From a virus: a stretch of 64,000 nt of DNA. The first letter of the stretch is position 1; each line of letters begins with the position of its first letter. Below the pieces are notes generated by a model. That model was given only the letters and a program-made list of their open reading frames with translations. It ran no database searches and was not told the origin of the DNA. Where the stretch lies: positions 26,403-90,402 of the IMG/VR virus record IMGVR_UViG_3300012668_000143. One strand, given 5' to 3'. Of the stretch, positions 27,571-36,020 are shown piece after piece. The position numbers were made by a program, and so were the translations under genes.

Positions 27571-28319
27571 TTCGTCCCCTCGTTGAGCCAATTGTCCAAT
27601 TTCTCAGCCGGTACAGCGCCGCGCAGAACGCGACCGTCGAATCCAATTATGGTTGGCGTGCCAGTCACGCCAAGGCGTGAGCCAAGCACAATGTTGTCAT
27701 TAACTGGATTTGCGCAGGCGATTAGATTCGTCACTGTGCCGGTAAATACCGCTTGCGCCCATGCCTTCTCGCGATCCGGCGCGCACCATACCGATATGGC
27801 CTTGGCCTTCGCTTCAGGGTGGATCGAGTCAAGCGGGTACATGAAGGTATAAATCGTCACGTTGTCCAAACGCGCCAATTCGCCTTCTAATTGTTTGCAG
27901 TAGGGACAATCCGGATCGCTGAAGATCGCCACGGTACGGCTGCCGTTACCGCGTACCGTCTTGATGGCGTTATCGAGAAACTTTGCTGGAAACTCTGTGC
28001 GCTTCGCCTCTACCTTGCGCTTGGCAGTGAGATCGACCTGTTCCTGCATGTCGAACAAATGGCCGAACAGGAAGTAGCGCCCGGATTCATCGGTGTAGGC
28101 GATGTTGTCGCCCATCTGCACTTCGTATATACCGACGAGCGGAGCTTTGCGGATTTGCTTGAATTGCGTGTTCGGATACAGCGACCTGAGCTTGTCCGCA
28201 ATTGCGTCGTCTGGTTGCTGCGCTAAGGCGGTGAGCGTTAGAGCGGAGAGAACCGCAGCGGCGAGTGGTTTAATCATCATTATCATTTCGCGAGCTTTCG
28301 CGCCTGAGCAATCCACCAT
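27567..28319 (-). CDS. dsbC: DsbC-family thiol:disulfide isomerase (start uncertain)
   Basis: FSDPDCPYC, GVTGTPT, YTDESGRYFLFG. Confidence 0.92.
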   Translation of the reverse strand: MVDCSGAKAREMIMMIKPLAAAVLSALTLTALAQQPDDAIADKLRSLYPNTQFKQIRKAPLVGIYEVQMGDNIAYTDESGRYFLFGHLFDMQEQVDLTAKRKVEAKRTEFPAKFLDNAIKTVRGNGSRTVAIFSDPDCPYCKQLEGELARLDNVTIYTFMYPLDSIHPEAKAKAISVWCAPDREKAWAQAVFTGTVTNLIACANPVNDNIVLGSRLGVTGTPTIIGFDGRVLRGAVPAEKLDNWLNEGTK

Positions 28320-29520
28320 AGTTATCTTTACTGCCGGCCTTGCCCTTGTAGACCGCGCCCTTCGTTATCAGAATTTCCACCGTGCGCCCACCGTCGGTCT
28401 CGATCACCGGAAAGAGCTTGTCGGCCTGTTTGATGTAGTAATCTGCGAGCGACTTGGCCGCCGAGCCAACGCCGCCGCCGATGCCAGCTTGAGCCACTTG
28501 GCCTGGATCGACGGTCTGAGTTATTCCGCCGCCGCCGATAGAAGTTGTCGTAGACGCCGACTTAATGGCGTTGCCAATACCGGACAAAGCGCCGGCAAAT
28601 AGGGCATTGGCTAATATCTGGCCCTGCTTGGTCACTAGGCGTCCGCGTATCCCGGCCTTGCCGTCCTCGCCTATAACCGTGCCCTTTACCGGAATCTCGA
28701 CCGTCTCGCCGTTGATGATGCACGTCAGCGATTCGGTGCGGGCCATAGTGCGTTCGCTGGATAGATCGCCCCATGCGGAAGCTATGAAACGGCAGTCCTT
28801 GATGTCCAGATGGTACTTATTCGCCATGTTCGCCACGTCGAGCACGTGAAAGGCGATAGGTAGCGGGTTGCCCTGCGCTTGCCCGCCAGTTGGCGCATCG
28901 ACGCCGTTCAGCATCGCCACGCGCACGAACGAGGCGGCAGGGATGAACTCGATAGATACGCCCGTGTCGGCCTTGACCGCAACTGGCGTCGGCACGGATG
29001 CGAAGGCGATCATTTCGACCGCATCCGGCTGTGGCTCTACCGTGCCATTGATAGGCGCGTTCAGGGTAGCCGGCGGCGGGCCGACCTTGGCGCCGACAGG
29101 AAGCAAATGGGGCGATGACAGCACACGTTGCGGCCCGGCAGCGGTATTCAGCGACGTTGACAGAACGGCGGCCTGCGGGATGGGCGTGCTTACCGGCGCT
29201 GTCTTGCCGCGCTTGAAGTCTTCTAGTTCCTTCGCCAGTCTGGTATTAGCTTCTTCCTGCTCGCGCAATTTGCTCTGTATTTCAGTGAGCATCTTCGCGG
29301 TATCCTTGGCGCGAGCCGCTTCATTCGCGCGCCACACGTCCCGGTCGTCTACGGTGCCGGGCGGGGTAATACTGACAGCTTTGGCCCTCTCGCGTGTGAT
29401 CGGAGGCTTGCCGTCGAATAGAAACATGCCGGCCATGACCAGTCCGCCGATGCCGACCAGCGCCGAGCCGAGAATGATGATCTGGTTGCGCTTCGTATTA
29501 GCGTTTGGATCATTACTCAT
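28270..29520 (-). CDS. traB: TraB (VirB10-like)
   Basis: GVDAPTGG, DLSSERTMAR..SLTC, DGKAGIRGRLVTKQG, FPVIETDGGR. Confidence 0.93.
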   Translation of the reverse strand: MSNDPNANTKRNQIIILGSALVGIGGLVMAGMFLFDGKPPITRERAKAVSITPPGTVDDRDVWRANEAARAKDTAKMLTEIQSKLREQEEANTRLAKELEDFKRGKTAPVSTPIPQAAVLSTSLNTAAGPQRVLSSPHLLPVGAKVGPPPATLNAPINGTVEPQPDAVEMIAFASVPTPVAVKADTGVSIEFIPAASFVRVAMLNGVDAPTGGQAQGNPLPIAFHVLDVANMANKYHLDIKDCRFIASAWGDLSSERTMARTESLTCIINGETVEIPVKGTVIGEDGKAGIRGRLVTKQGQILANALFAGALSGIGNAIKSASTTTSIGGGGITQTVDPGQVAQAGIGGGVGSAAKSLADYYIKQADKLFPVIETDGGRTVEILITKGAVYKGKAGSKDNYGGLLRRESSRNDNDD

Positions 29521-30132
29521 GGCGGGCCTCGCGCACTACAAAAATGTCGGTCGAGTCGCCGGGGGCGAGTGTCTGATTCTTGACCGATACGGCCAGCACG
29601 CCACGGCGATATAGCTCTTGCTCGACCAACAGCAAGTCGGTCGGCGATGTATTGGTAAGCCGATACTTTTCGCCTACGATGTCGTTGCCTGGAAATTTGG
29701 CGACAAAGAGCAGCGTGCCTTCCTGCCACAACGGGATTTCCTTGCCTACCGGAACGCTTCCGGCGCCGTCGCCGGCCATGAGCAGGATCAAATTCTTGAT
29801 GCCGCGCTGGTATGAGGCGGCACGCGCATCGTGCTTTACGGCAGCGATCTTGTCGGCTGGCGGCTGTACCGATATGTCCTCGCCGGAGATCGGGCGCGGC
29901 ACGAGAATCAGGGTGTAGGTCGTACTCTGGTCGTCTGAAGCCCGCGCTGCGCCGGTACGACGCTGGTTATCCGCCGTCCGGCAATCGATAGCCGGTTCGT
30001 TTCGCTCGCCGACACATCGACCTGCACGCGCTGCGTGTCGGCGCCTGAGATCAGTTGAGCGGCGTCAACTTGCTGACTGATGAGCAGGCCGAGCAAGATC
30101 GGCTTTGACCAACTCTTTGACTTTGGATACAT
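29513..30132 (-). pseudogene. traK: traK, apparently disrupted by an internal deletion with frameshift
   Basis: 5' frame (VSASETNRLSIAGRRITSVVPAQRG) stops at 29908; the TraK continuation (SDDQSTTYTLILVPRPISGE...LAPGDSTDIFVV) is in another frame from about 29940. Confidence 0.75.
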
Positions 30133-30661
30133 AAAGGCGCCCTGAACTGTTGATGATGAATTCGACCAAGAATGTTTTGTCGCGCTCGCTGGTTAGTACG
30201 TCCGATATGAAGGTCTTGAGCCGGCCAGTGACTTCTACTTTCTTGTCGCGCGAAAATACTTTTTCAGTGCGCCAACTCCACAAGGTAGTTACGCGATCGC
30301 GTTTCAGGCGCAGCGCAGCGGCATCGAGATCGGACTTCAGCGACGCGTAGCCGTCCGGGTCGGTCATCTTCAGAATGACCGCGTTGTTGTGGTCAACGGA
30401 ATCCGGCGTTACCGTGAGCACGGTGCTAAGGACGTAATTCGCCATGTCCGCAAGGTAATCTCGGTCGGCAAAATTTGCGCCGACCTCGTACTGTCGTCGG
30501 ATTTCAGGCGGGACGAGAACAACGGTGCTGTGCATCGTCTGCCAGACCATGCCGACGCCGAGCACGGAAGACAGACCGAGTAAACCGGCGATCGTGTAGC
30601 GATGAAACGATAGTTTGCCGGATAGCACATCTCGATCGTTCTTTGCATTCAATGGCGTCAT
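30065..30661 (-). CDS. traE: TraE
   Basis: TVVLVPPEI, DYLADMANYV, VTGRLKTFISD; lies between traL and traK. Confidence 0.9.
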   Translation of the reverse strand: MTPLNAKNDRDVLSGKLSFHRYTIAGLLGLSSVLGVGMVWQTMHSTVVLVPPEIRRQYEVGANFADRDYLADMANYVLSTVLTVTPDSVDHNNAVILKMTDPDGYASLKSDLDAAALRLKRDRVTTLWSWRTEKVFSRDKKVEVTGRLKTFISDVLTSERDKTFLVEFIINSSGRLYVSKVKELVKADLARPAHQSAS

Positions 30662-30665
30662 GGTC

Positions 30666-30959
30666 TTAGCCGGTGAGGTCTCTAAGATGAGAATTGGGAA
30701 GGTCGTTGGGCTGCGGCATGCCAGTCCACCAGTACAAAAGATGCGATGCCAGGCCGGGGTGTTTGCCTGATTTCATTTTGTTGTAGACATACGCCAAGCC
30801 AACCCCTACCGCCAAGCCACATACTTTGTAGTCGGTGCCGATCCCGATCAGCAATCCGATGATGCCCACTGCCGCAACATCCAAATCCCAAAACAGGAAC
30901 TTGGATGCTGCGTCGAGCGAGCGCGGGATGTAATGCGAGAGGTCGTCAGGTTGGGACAT
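30666..30959 (-). CDS. traL: TraL
   Basis: IPRSLDAASKFLFWDLD and HLLYWWTG motifs. Confidence 0.92.
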   Translation of the reverse strand: MSQPDDLSHYIPRSLDAASKFLFWDLDVAAVGIIGLLIGIGTDYKVCGLAVGVGLAYVYNKMKSGKHPGLASHLLYWWTGMPQPNDLPNSHLRDLTG

Positions 30960-30976
30960 GACTCGCTCCGCTAACG

Positions 30977-31318
30977 TTAGACAATCGCCGTGAAGCTGGC
31001 GTTGATGATGCTGACAACAATGCCGACGCCCATGCTGATTACGACGGCGCCAAAAAACCAGCTCCAGTCCTTCTTGACGGCGGCCATTAAAGCGCCAGCG
31101 GCCAACGCCACGAATGCCGCAGTCTTGCCGAGATTGCCCTTTACCCAAAGCTCGAATTTGTTTACGGCATCGGAAAACTCGGCGCCATCGGACGAGAAGA
31201 CTTGCGTGGCGAGTAGCAAGAGACCCGCGGCGAGGACTATGAGAAGGAGTCCGCGCCCAAGGCGCTTGCCTTTCTCACTGGTAACAAATGCGGGTATTGC
31301 GGTAATGGTATTGCTCAT
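30977..31318 (-). CDS. traA: TraA pilin precursor
   Basis: Long leader plus two hydrophobic segments, WVKGNLGK; directly before traL. Confidence 0.85.
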   Translation of the reverse strand: MSNTITAIPAFVTSEKGKRLGRGLLLIVLAAGLLLLATQVFSSDGAEFSDAVNKFELWVKGNLGKTAAFVALAAGALMAAVKKDWSWFFGAVVISMGVGIVVSIINASFTAIV

Positions 31319-31358
31319 TAAACTCTCCTGGTTACTTCGGTTGGACTGCTGGGGAAAC

Positions 31359-31562
31359 TTAAAAACGGTACTTAATGGCCCACCCGAAAATGGCGCCAGC
31401 GCAAAAGGTAGATACGGCAACGATTAGTAATGTGCGTCGTGTCCTCGCACCGTTAGTAATGAAAGGCGGCCACATGAAATACAGGGCCAATGAACCAACG
31501 CATAGCCCAAACAGGATGCTTTGCACGAACATCTGAAACGTGGGAATGTGAATCGTGGGCAT
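31359..31562 (-). CDS. Small two-TM membrane protein
   Basis: Hydrophobic ORF in the tra operon direction; AT-richer than its neighbours. Confidence 0.45.
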   Translation of the reverse strand: MPTIHIPTFQMFVQSILFGLCVGSLALYFMWPPFITNGARTRRTLLIVAVSTFCAGAIFGWAIKYRF

Positions 31563-31577
31563 TTTGAATATCCGTGA

Positions 31578-31850
31578 TTAGTGAGCCGGCATTTTGGTTG
31601 AGAAAGAGCCAGTATTCGGTAATAGAATCGGAGGAGAAGTAATAGGAATTTGAGCTATTGGCTGTCCAGCCAAGGTCTTGACTGTTCGCTCGCGGCACGC
31701 CGGCCATGCGCAGAAAATGTATTGCGCATCGCGCGGAAGTCCGAATTGCCGGACGGAGAGCAAGCGAGTTGTCGGCGTTGGAGCGACTAGACTCTGCGCG
31801 TGCGCGTGGAAACTGGATGCTACAAGCAGGGTAGCTAGCAAACGAGCCAT
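31578..31850 (-). CDS. Small exported protein after the transglycosylase
   Basis: TGATG coupling to the SLT stop; signal peptide; FCAWPACRERTVKTL. Confidence 0.55.
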   Translation of the reverse strand: MARLLATLLVASSFHAHAQSLVAPTPTTRLLSVRQFGLPRDAQYIFCAWPACRERTVKTLAGQPIAQIPITSPPILLPNTGSFSTKMPAH

Positions 31851-32293
31851 CAGCCGCGTTCCTGCGCTTGGTAGCCGCGATAAAACCGCTGCACGGAAAG
31901 CACGTACTCCACCTGTGCCGCCGTGTTTCGCGACGCTGGCCCGGCGTAGTAGCAGCCGACCGCTTTCCACGTCGAGCCGAACTTTTGAATGCAGTCTGCG
32001 AGAATCCACGCGCCGACTTGCTGGCTCATGCATGGGTCGAATAGGTGCTCTCGGCGGATGCCGTACCGGGCGAGGCGCGGCAGATGAATCGAGTTGATCT
32101 GCATCAGACCGAGCGCGCGATTGCCGTCTGGCAGTTGCGGGCCGACCGCTTGGGGCCAGCCGCGCGATTCCTGCCACGCTATCGCCTTCAGCAAGGTCGG
32201 CTCGACGCCGTAACGCTCGCCGGCGTATTGCCAGCAGGTTGCGTGGCTAAGAGCCGGTGCAACCAAAACGATGAGCGGCAGGAATTTAGGCAT
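31850..32293 (-). CDS. Lytic transglycosylase (VirB1/IagB-like)
   Basis: AIAWQES (catalytic Glu), GLMQINS, AVGCYYAG. Confidence 0.93.
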   Translation of the reverse strand: MPKFLPLIVLVAPALSHATCWQYAGERYGVEPTLLKAIAWQESRGWPQAVGPQLPDGNRALGLMQINSIHLPRLARYGIRREHLFDPCMSQQVGAWILADCIQKFGSTWKAVGCYYAGPASRNTAAQVEYVLSVQRFYRGYQAQERG

Positions 32294-32315
32294 ATTGGAA
32301 CGTTACCACAAAACG

Positions 32316-32330
32316 CTTTCACTGTGAAAG
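32316..32330 (-). promoter_or_regulatory. Palindromic operator copy 2, overlapping a probable -35 of the tra operon promoter
   Basis: CTTTCAC-T-GTGAAAG; the minus strand reads TTCACA-17 bp-TAACGT upstream of the SLT start. Confidence 0.6.
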
Positions 32331-32375
32331 TATATCAGAACCAAAAAAAACCCTGAAAAGGGTGAAGCGCAGAAA

Positions 32376-32801
32376 CTACAGGTTGCGCAACGCCAAATCC
32401 TGTCTGATTAAGCCGCAGATAAACGAATTGGCAGAGACAGAGGATCGCGCGCAGTATGCCATAAGTCGGTGATGCAGATCAGGCTCCAGCCGGATCGAGA
32501 CGTTGAGCGGACTTGGGCCGATCTTGATTCGCTTTACTGGCGCGGGCGCGGACGTCGTCAAAGACGCCTCGATTAGCTGGTTTATATAGGTGTTGGCCGG
32601 CGTGTGGATGCTGTTGCAGAATGCCATCAGCCGGGTGTTCAGGTCGTGGCCCATTTTGAGGGCGATGATTCTGCGCTCTCCGTAAATGGTGGCGCGAAGA
32701 CGGGTTGTTCCATTTCTGACTGGCTTTTTGTTGTTTTGCATACGCCACTGAAAAGGAGCCGCGTTCGCTCTTAGATACGATGATGAGCGAAAGTTCGGCA
32801 T
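32376..32801 (-). CDS. Tandem ribbon-helix-helix protein (TraY/Arc-like; start may be 32741)
   Basis: Two similar RHH units: IALKMGHDLNTRLMAFC..ANTYINQLIE and VSIRLEPDLHHRLMAYC..ANSFICGLIR. Confidence 0.7.
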   Translation of the reverse strand: MPNFRSSSYLRANAAPFQWRMQNNKKPVRNGTTRLRATIYGERRIIALKMGHDLNTRLMAFCNSIHTPANTYINQLIEASLTTSAPAPVKRIKIGPSPLNVSIRLEPDLHHRLMAYCARSSVSANSFICGLIRQDLALRNL

Positions 32802-32802
32802 T

Positions 32803-35800
32803 TTACCGCATCATCTCAGGCTGACGCTGCCCGCGTTCAATCGTCTGAACCGCGCTCGTCTTGTCCTGCCTTCCGCCGACAGCCATAGCCGCCAGCGCCT
32901 TGTCGTTGGTGTAAATCCCAAGTTGATCGCTCGCCCGCGTCGCGCCGACGTAGAAGCTGCGGTCGCCAAAAACCTTCGCCATGCGCTGAATGTCGCGCGC
33001 CTGCTGGTGCTCGTTTGTCGTTTCCGGCGCGCGAATGTGGAACAGTACGCGGTGCTGCGTCGATCCCTGCGCGGCGTGGACGGTCGAGGAGTAGGCGTGA
33101 TCCCAATGCTTGTTCTTGTCCAAATCTAGTTCGTGGCGCGTTGTCTCCTTGCCCTGTTTCAGCAAGATTGTCGCCTTGTCGCCGCTGACTGATTCGACCC
33201 GCGTTACCTCTCCATTCTTTAATTCTCCCTCGCTGCGGGTGATGCGGATCATGTCGCCGGCTGCAATCGGCAGGCGGGCGGCGTCGTAAACTTCGACGTG
33301 GTTGTGTTTGCGCGGCTCCCATTCAAAACGCGAGCCATCGGACTTTTCCAGCGTTACCGCGCCGCGCGATGCTTCTACGACGCGCGCATATTCGCCTTTT
33401 GACGCATCTATTACTTTGTAGTCGCGCCCAAAACGCACCACGTCCCCGGCCTTGTAATACTGCGCTGCTTTAGTCATGGCGCGCGTCCAGCCCTTCGATT
33501 CGTAGACTTCGCGCTCTTGTTCCTGACGCGATAGGTCGCCGCGCTCTTTCAGCCCGGCGCGCACGCCCTGATTGATTGCCTGCCTATCTTTGTTGTACGG
33601 GGTGATGACGATGGTGCGCTCGCGCTCGTGTTTGTCCAGCGCAACGATGTCTTTGACGAGCGCTTTGATCGTTCCGTCCTTGATCTCCCGCACCATTCCA
33701 GCCTTGTCCATGTGTTCGAAGGCACGGGCGCTGTACGTGCGCTCTATATTAGTCAGTGGCGCGTCGGAGCGGTCTCGGCCCGTGAGTATGTCGATCGACG
33801 CCTTCAGTTCCGGCGTGTTCTGGCGCCGAATGTCGGTCATGTAGGCGGTGTCGATGCCATGCCGCTGCGCCAGTTCGAACGGTTTGCCGGCTTCGACGCC
33901 TTGGAGTTGCAGCGTGTCGCCGAGATAAACGACCTTCGCTCCGGCCTTGTTCGCCATGTGGTCTAGCTGCGCTTTCTGGCGCTGCGATAGAAACGAGCTT
34001 TCGTCTACGATCCACAATTCTTTCTGGCGCTTGAAGTCTGGCGCGTACTTTTGGGCGAAGGCGATGTCCTTTTCCAGTTGCCGTTCCTTGATCTGGAACA
34101 TGCTTACCGTTTCGGTAACGATGCCTGTGTCCAGTGAAAGCGTCTTGCTGGCGTTGCCGGTAGCCGCCATTCCGCGCACGACGTAGCCATTCTCTTTAGC
34201 CAGTGTGTTGACGCCTTTGAGCATCGTCGTTTTGCCGGTTCCGGCCAGACCTTGCACCGCAACAAAGCGATCATCCGATGTCAATATTTTTGCAATTGCT
34301 TCCTTCTGCCCGTCGGTGTACTGGAAGCCATTCTTCTTCTCGATCCCGGTTAGCCGCTCGGTTACGGTGTCCGCACTCATGATCCGCTCGGCCTGTCCCT
34401 TGGTGTCGCGCACCTGTTCCAGCGCCCACATTTCTGAGCCGAGCATCTTTTTCGTGGTGTAGTTGCCGTCCGGCAGTCGCACCAGATCGCCTTCTTTTTC
34501 CAGCTTGGCGAACGCCAGTTCGACGGCGCGCGGCGGCACTCTACCGGAGCCGTGTTCGACGGCAACCTGTATCAGTTCGTGTTTGCTCACCACGGCCTCG
34601 CGCTCTATCAGGTGCGCCGCGGCGAATTCCAGCGCGGCGCGTCCGCTGATGCGCTCCGGCACCGTGGCGTCGATTGTCTTGTCGTCTAGCTGGCGCTCAA
34701 GTTCGGTCGTGCGATCTATGGCCCCTAGTACGCCCGCTAGCGCCATGTGATGATTTGCCGGGGCGTCCCAATAGCCTGACCATTTGCGATACGCGGCTTC
34801 TTCGAATTCAGGGGCCGCTACCGTTTCTGAATACATAGTCTGCCATTCCGCCAGCACGTCGCGCGCTCCTTCGAGATGCGAGCGCAATTGTTTTAGATCG
34901 GCAGCACTGAGTTGTTCGCGTCCGGCATTTTTATCGAGAGCGTCCAATAAGCCGGTTAGCGCCGTGTAATGTTCCTTCGGTTCGGCAGTGTCCGCCTTGG
35001 AATGCACGGTCTGCCAGTCCGCCAATACGTCACGGGCGGCGGCTATCTCTGACTGCAACCGCTGGCGGTCATCGACGCCAATCTCTACAGTGGCGATGGT
35101 TTGGCCGTGCGCCTGTTTCTGGATTGATTCGAAGTCGATACCTATTTCCTGTGCCCGGCGCTTCCAGTCGGCGTGCAGGTCGGCGTGGTTTACGTCTTGT
35201 TTGGGAGCGCGTGTCGTTAGCTTGGAGATTTGTTGTTGTGCAACTGGTGCGGTCTCAATATCTAAGCCGCGCTTTTTCATATCCGCCGTTATTTCTGCAA
35301 GACGCTGGCTGAAGTGCTCGATCTGCTCGCGGCTGATCCCGGCGATTTCGAAGTTTCCGCGCTCGTCAGTGCTTCGAATCTCGTAGCCTAAACCTTGAAT
35401 CCGAGCCGCCAAGTCTGACGTGTAAATGGCACCAATGGCGCGCTGTGCGTTGTAAATTTCCTCGTTCGAGAGCGAGCGCCATGGGCCGTCGTGCCGCTTC
35501 GTAGCGTTCATTACAACGGCGTGGGTGTGCGTCTGCGGGTCGAGGTCGCGGCTCGTGTTGTGGCGGAACATGCCGACTACGATACTGCCGGTCTTGACGG
35601 ATTCGAGTTTCCCGTCTTTCATCTGGCGTGTATAGGACAGTTCGCGCTCGACGTAACCAAGTGCAGTCTTTACAGCTTCTTCGTGGGCCGCGCGAATGTC
35701 TGCGGAACCGTGAACTTCGGCCATTATGGAAACACTCTTTGGCGCTGAAAAGGTTAGGTCGATGCCTGGGCGGTGATCGCGTACCTTGTCGCCTTCTGCA

Positions 35801-36015
35801 TTTCGCACCCATTTTCCTAGTTCCTGCCCGTCGATCTTTCCGTCGAGCGCGGCAAAGAATGTGTCTCTGTCAATCTCTCCCTGCAAGCCAAGTTTCGCGG
35901 CGCCTTTGCCAAACCACTCGGATTCCTCAAGGCCCTGTTTTTCGGTGTAGTAATTGTCCTTCGAAAAATACTGAAGCGCTTTGCCGGCACTGCCGACGTT
36001 TTGGGCGGAGAGCAT
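32803..36015 (-). CDS. traI: MOBF relaxase-helicase (TraI/TrwC family)
   Basis: YFSKDNYY catalytic Tyr pair, DLTFSAPKSVS, HNTSRDLDPQTHTH (HUH), helicase GLAGTGKTT, DESSF, TVHAAQGST. Confidence 0.96.
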   Translation of the reverse strand: MLSAQNVGSAGKALQYFSKDNYYTEKQGLEESEWFGKGAAKLGLQGEIDRDTFFAALDGKIDGQELGKWVRNAEGDKVRDHRPGIDLTFSAPKSVSIMAEVHGSADIRAAHEEAVKTALGYVERELSYTRQMKDGKLESVKTGSIVVGMFRHNTSRDLDPQTHTHAVVMNATKRHDGPWRSLSNEEIYNAQRAIGAIYTSDLAARIQGLGYEIRSTDERGNFEIAGISREQIEHFSQRLAEITADMKKRGLDIETAPVAQQQISKLTTRAPKQDVNHADLHADWKRRAQEIGIDFESIQKQAHGQTIATVEIGVDDRQRLQSEIAAARDVLADWQTVHSKADTAEPKEHYTALTGLLDALDKNAGREQLSAADLKQLRSHLEGARDVLAEWQTMYSETVAAPEFEEAAYRKWSGYWDAPANHHMALAGVLGAIDRTTELERQLDDKTIDATVPERISGRAALEFAAAHLIEREAVVSKHELIQVAVEHGSGRVPPRAVELAFAKLEKEGDLVRLPDGNYTTKKMLGSEMWALEQVRDTKGQAERIMSADTVTERLTGIEKKNGFQYTDGQKEAIAKILTSDDRFVAVQGLAGTGKTTMLKGVNTLAKENGYVVRGMAATGNASKTLSLDTGIVTETVSMFQIKERQLEKDIAFAQKYAPDFKRQKELWIVDESSFLSQRQKAQLDHMANKAGAKVVYLGDTLQLQGVEAGKPFELAQRHGIDTAYMTDIRRQNTPELKASIDILTGRDRSDAPLTNIERTYSARAFEHMDKAGMVREIKDGTIKALVKDIVALDKHERERTIVITPYNKDRQAINQGVRAGLKERGDLSRQEQEREVYESKGWTRAMTKAAQYYKAGDVVRFGRDYKVIDASKGEYARVVEASRGAVTLEKSDGSRFEWEPRKHNHVEVYDAARLPIAAGDMIRITRSEGELKNGEVTRVESVSGDKATILLKQGKETTRHELDLDKNKHWDHAYSSTVHAAQGSTQHRVLFHIRAPETTNEHQQARDIQRMAKVFGDRSFYVGATRASDQLGIYTNDKALAAMAVGGRQDKTSAVQTIERGQRQPEMMR

Positions 36016-36020
36016 ATTGA

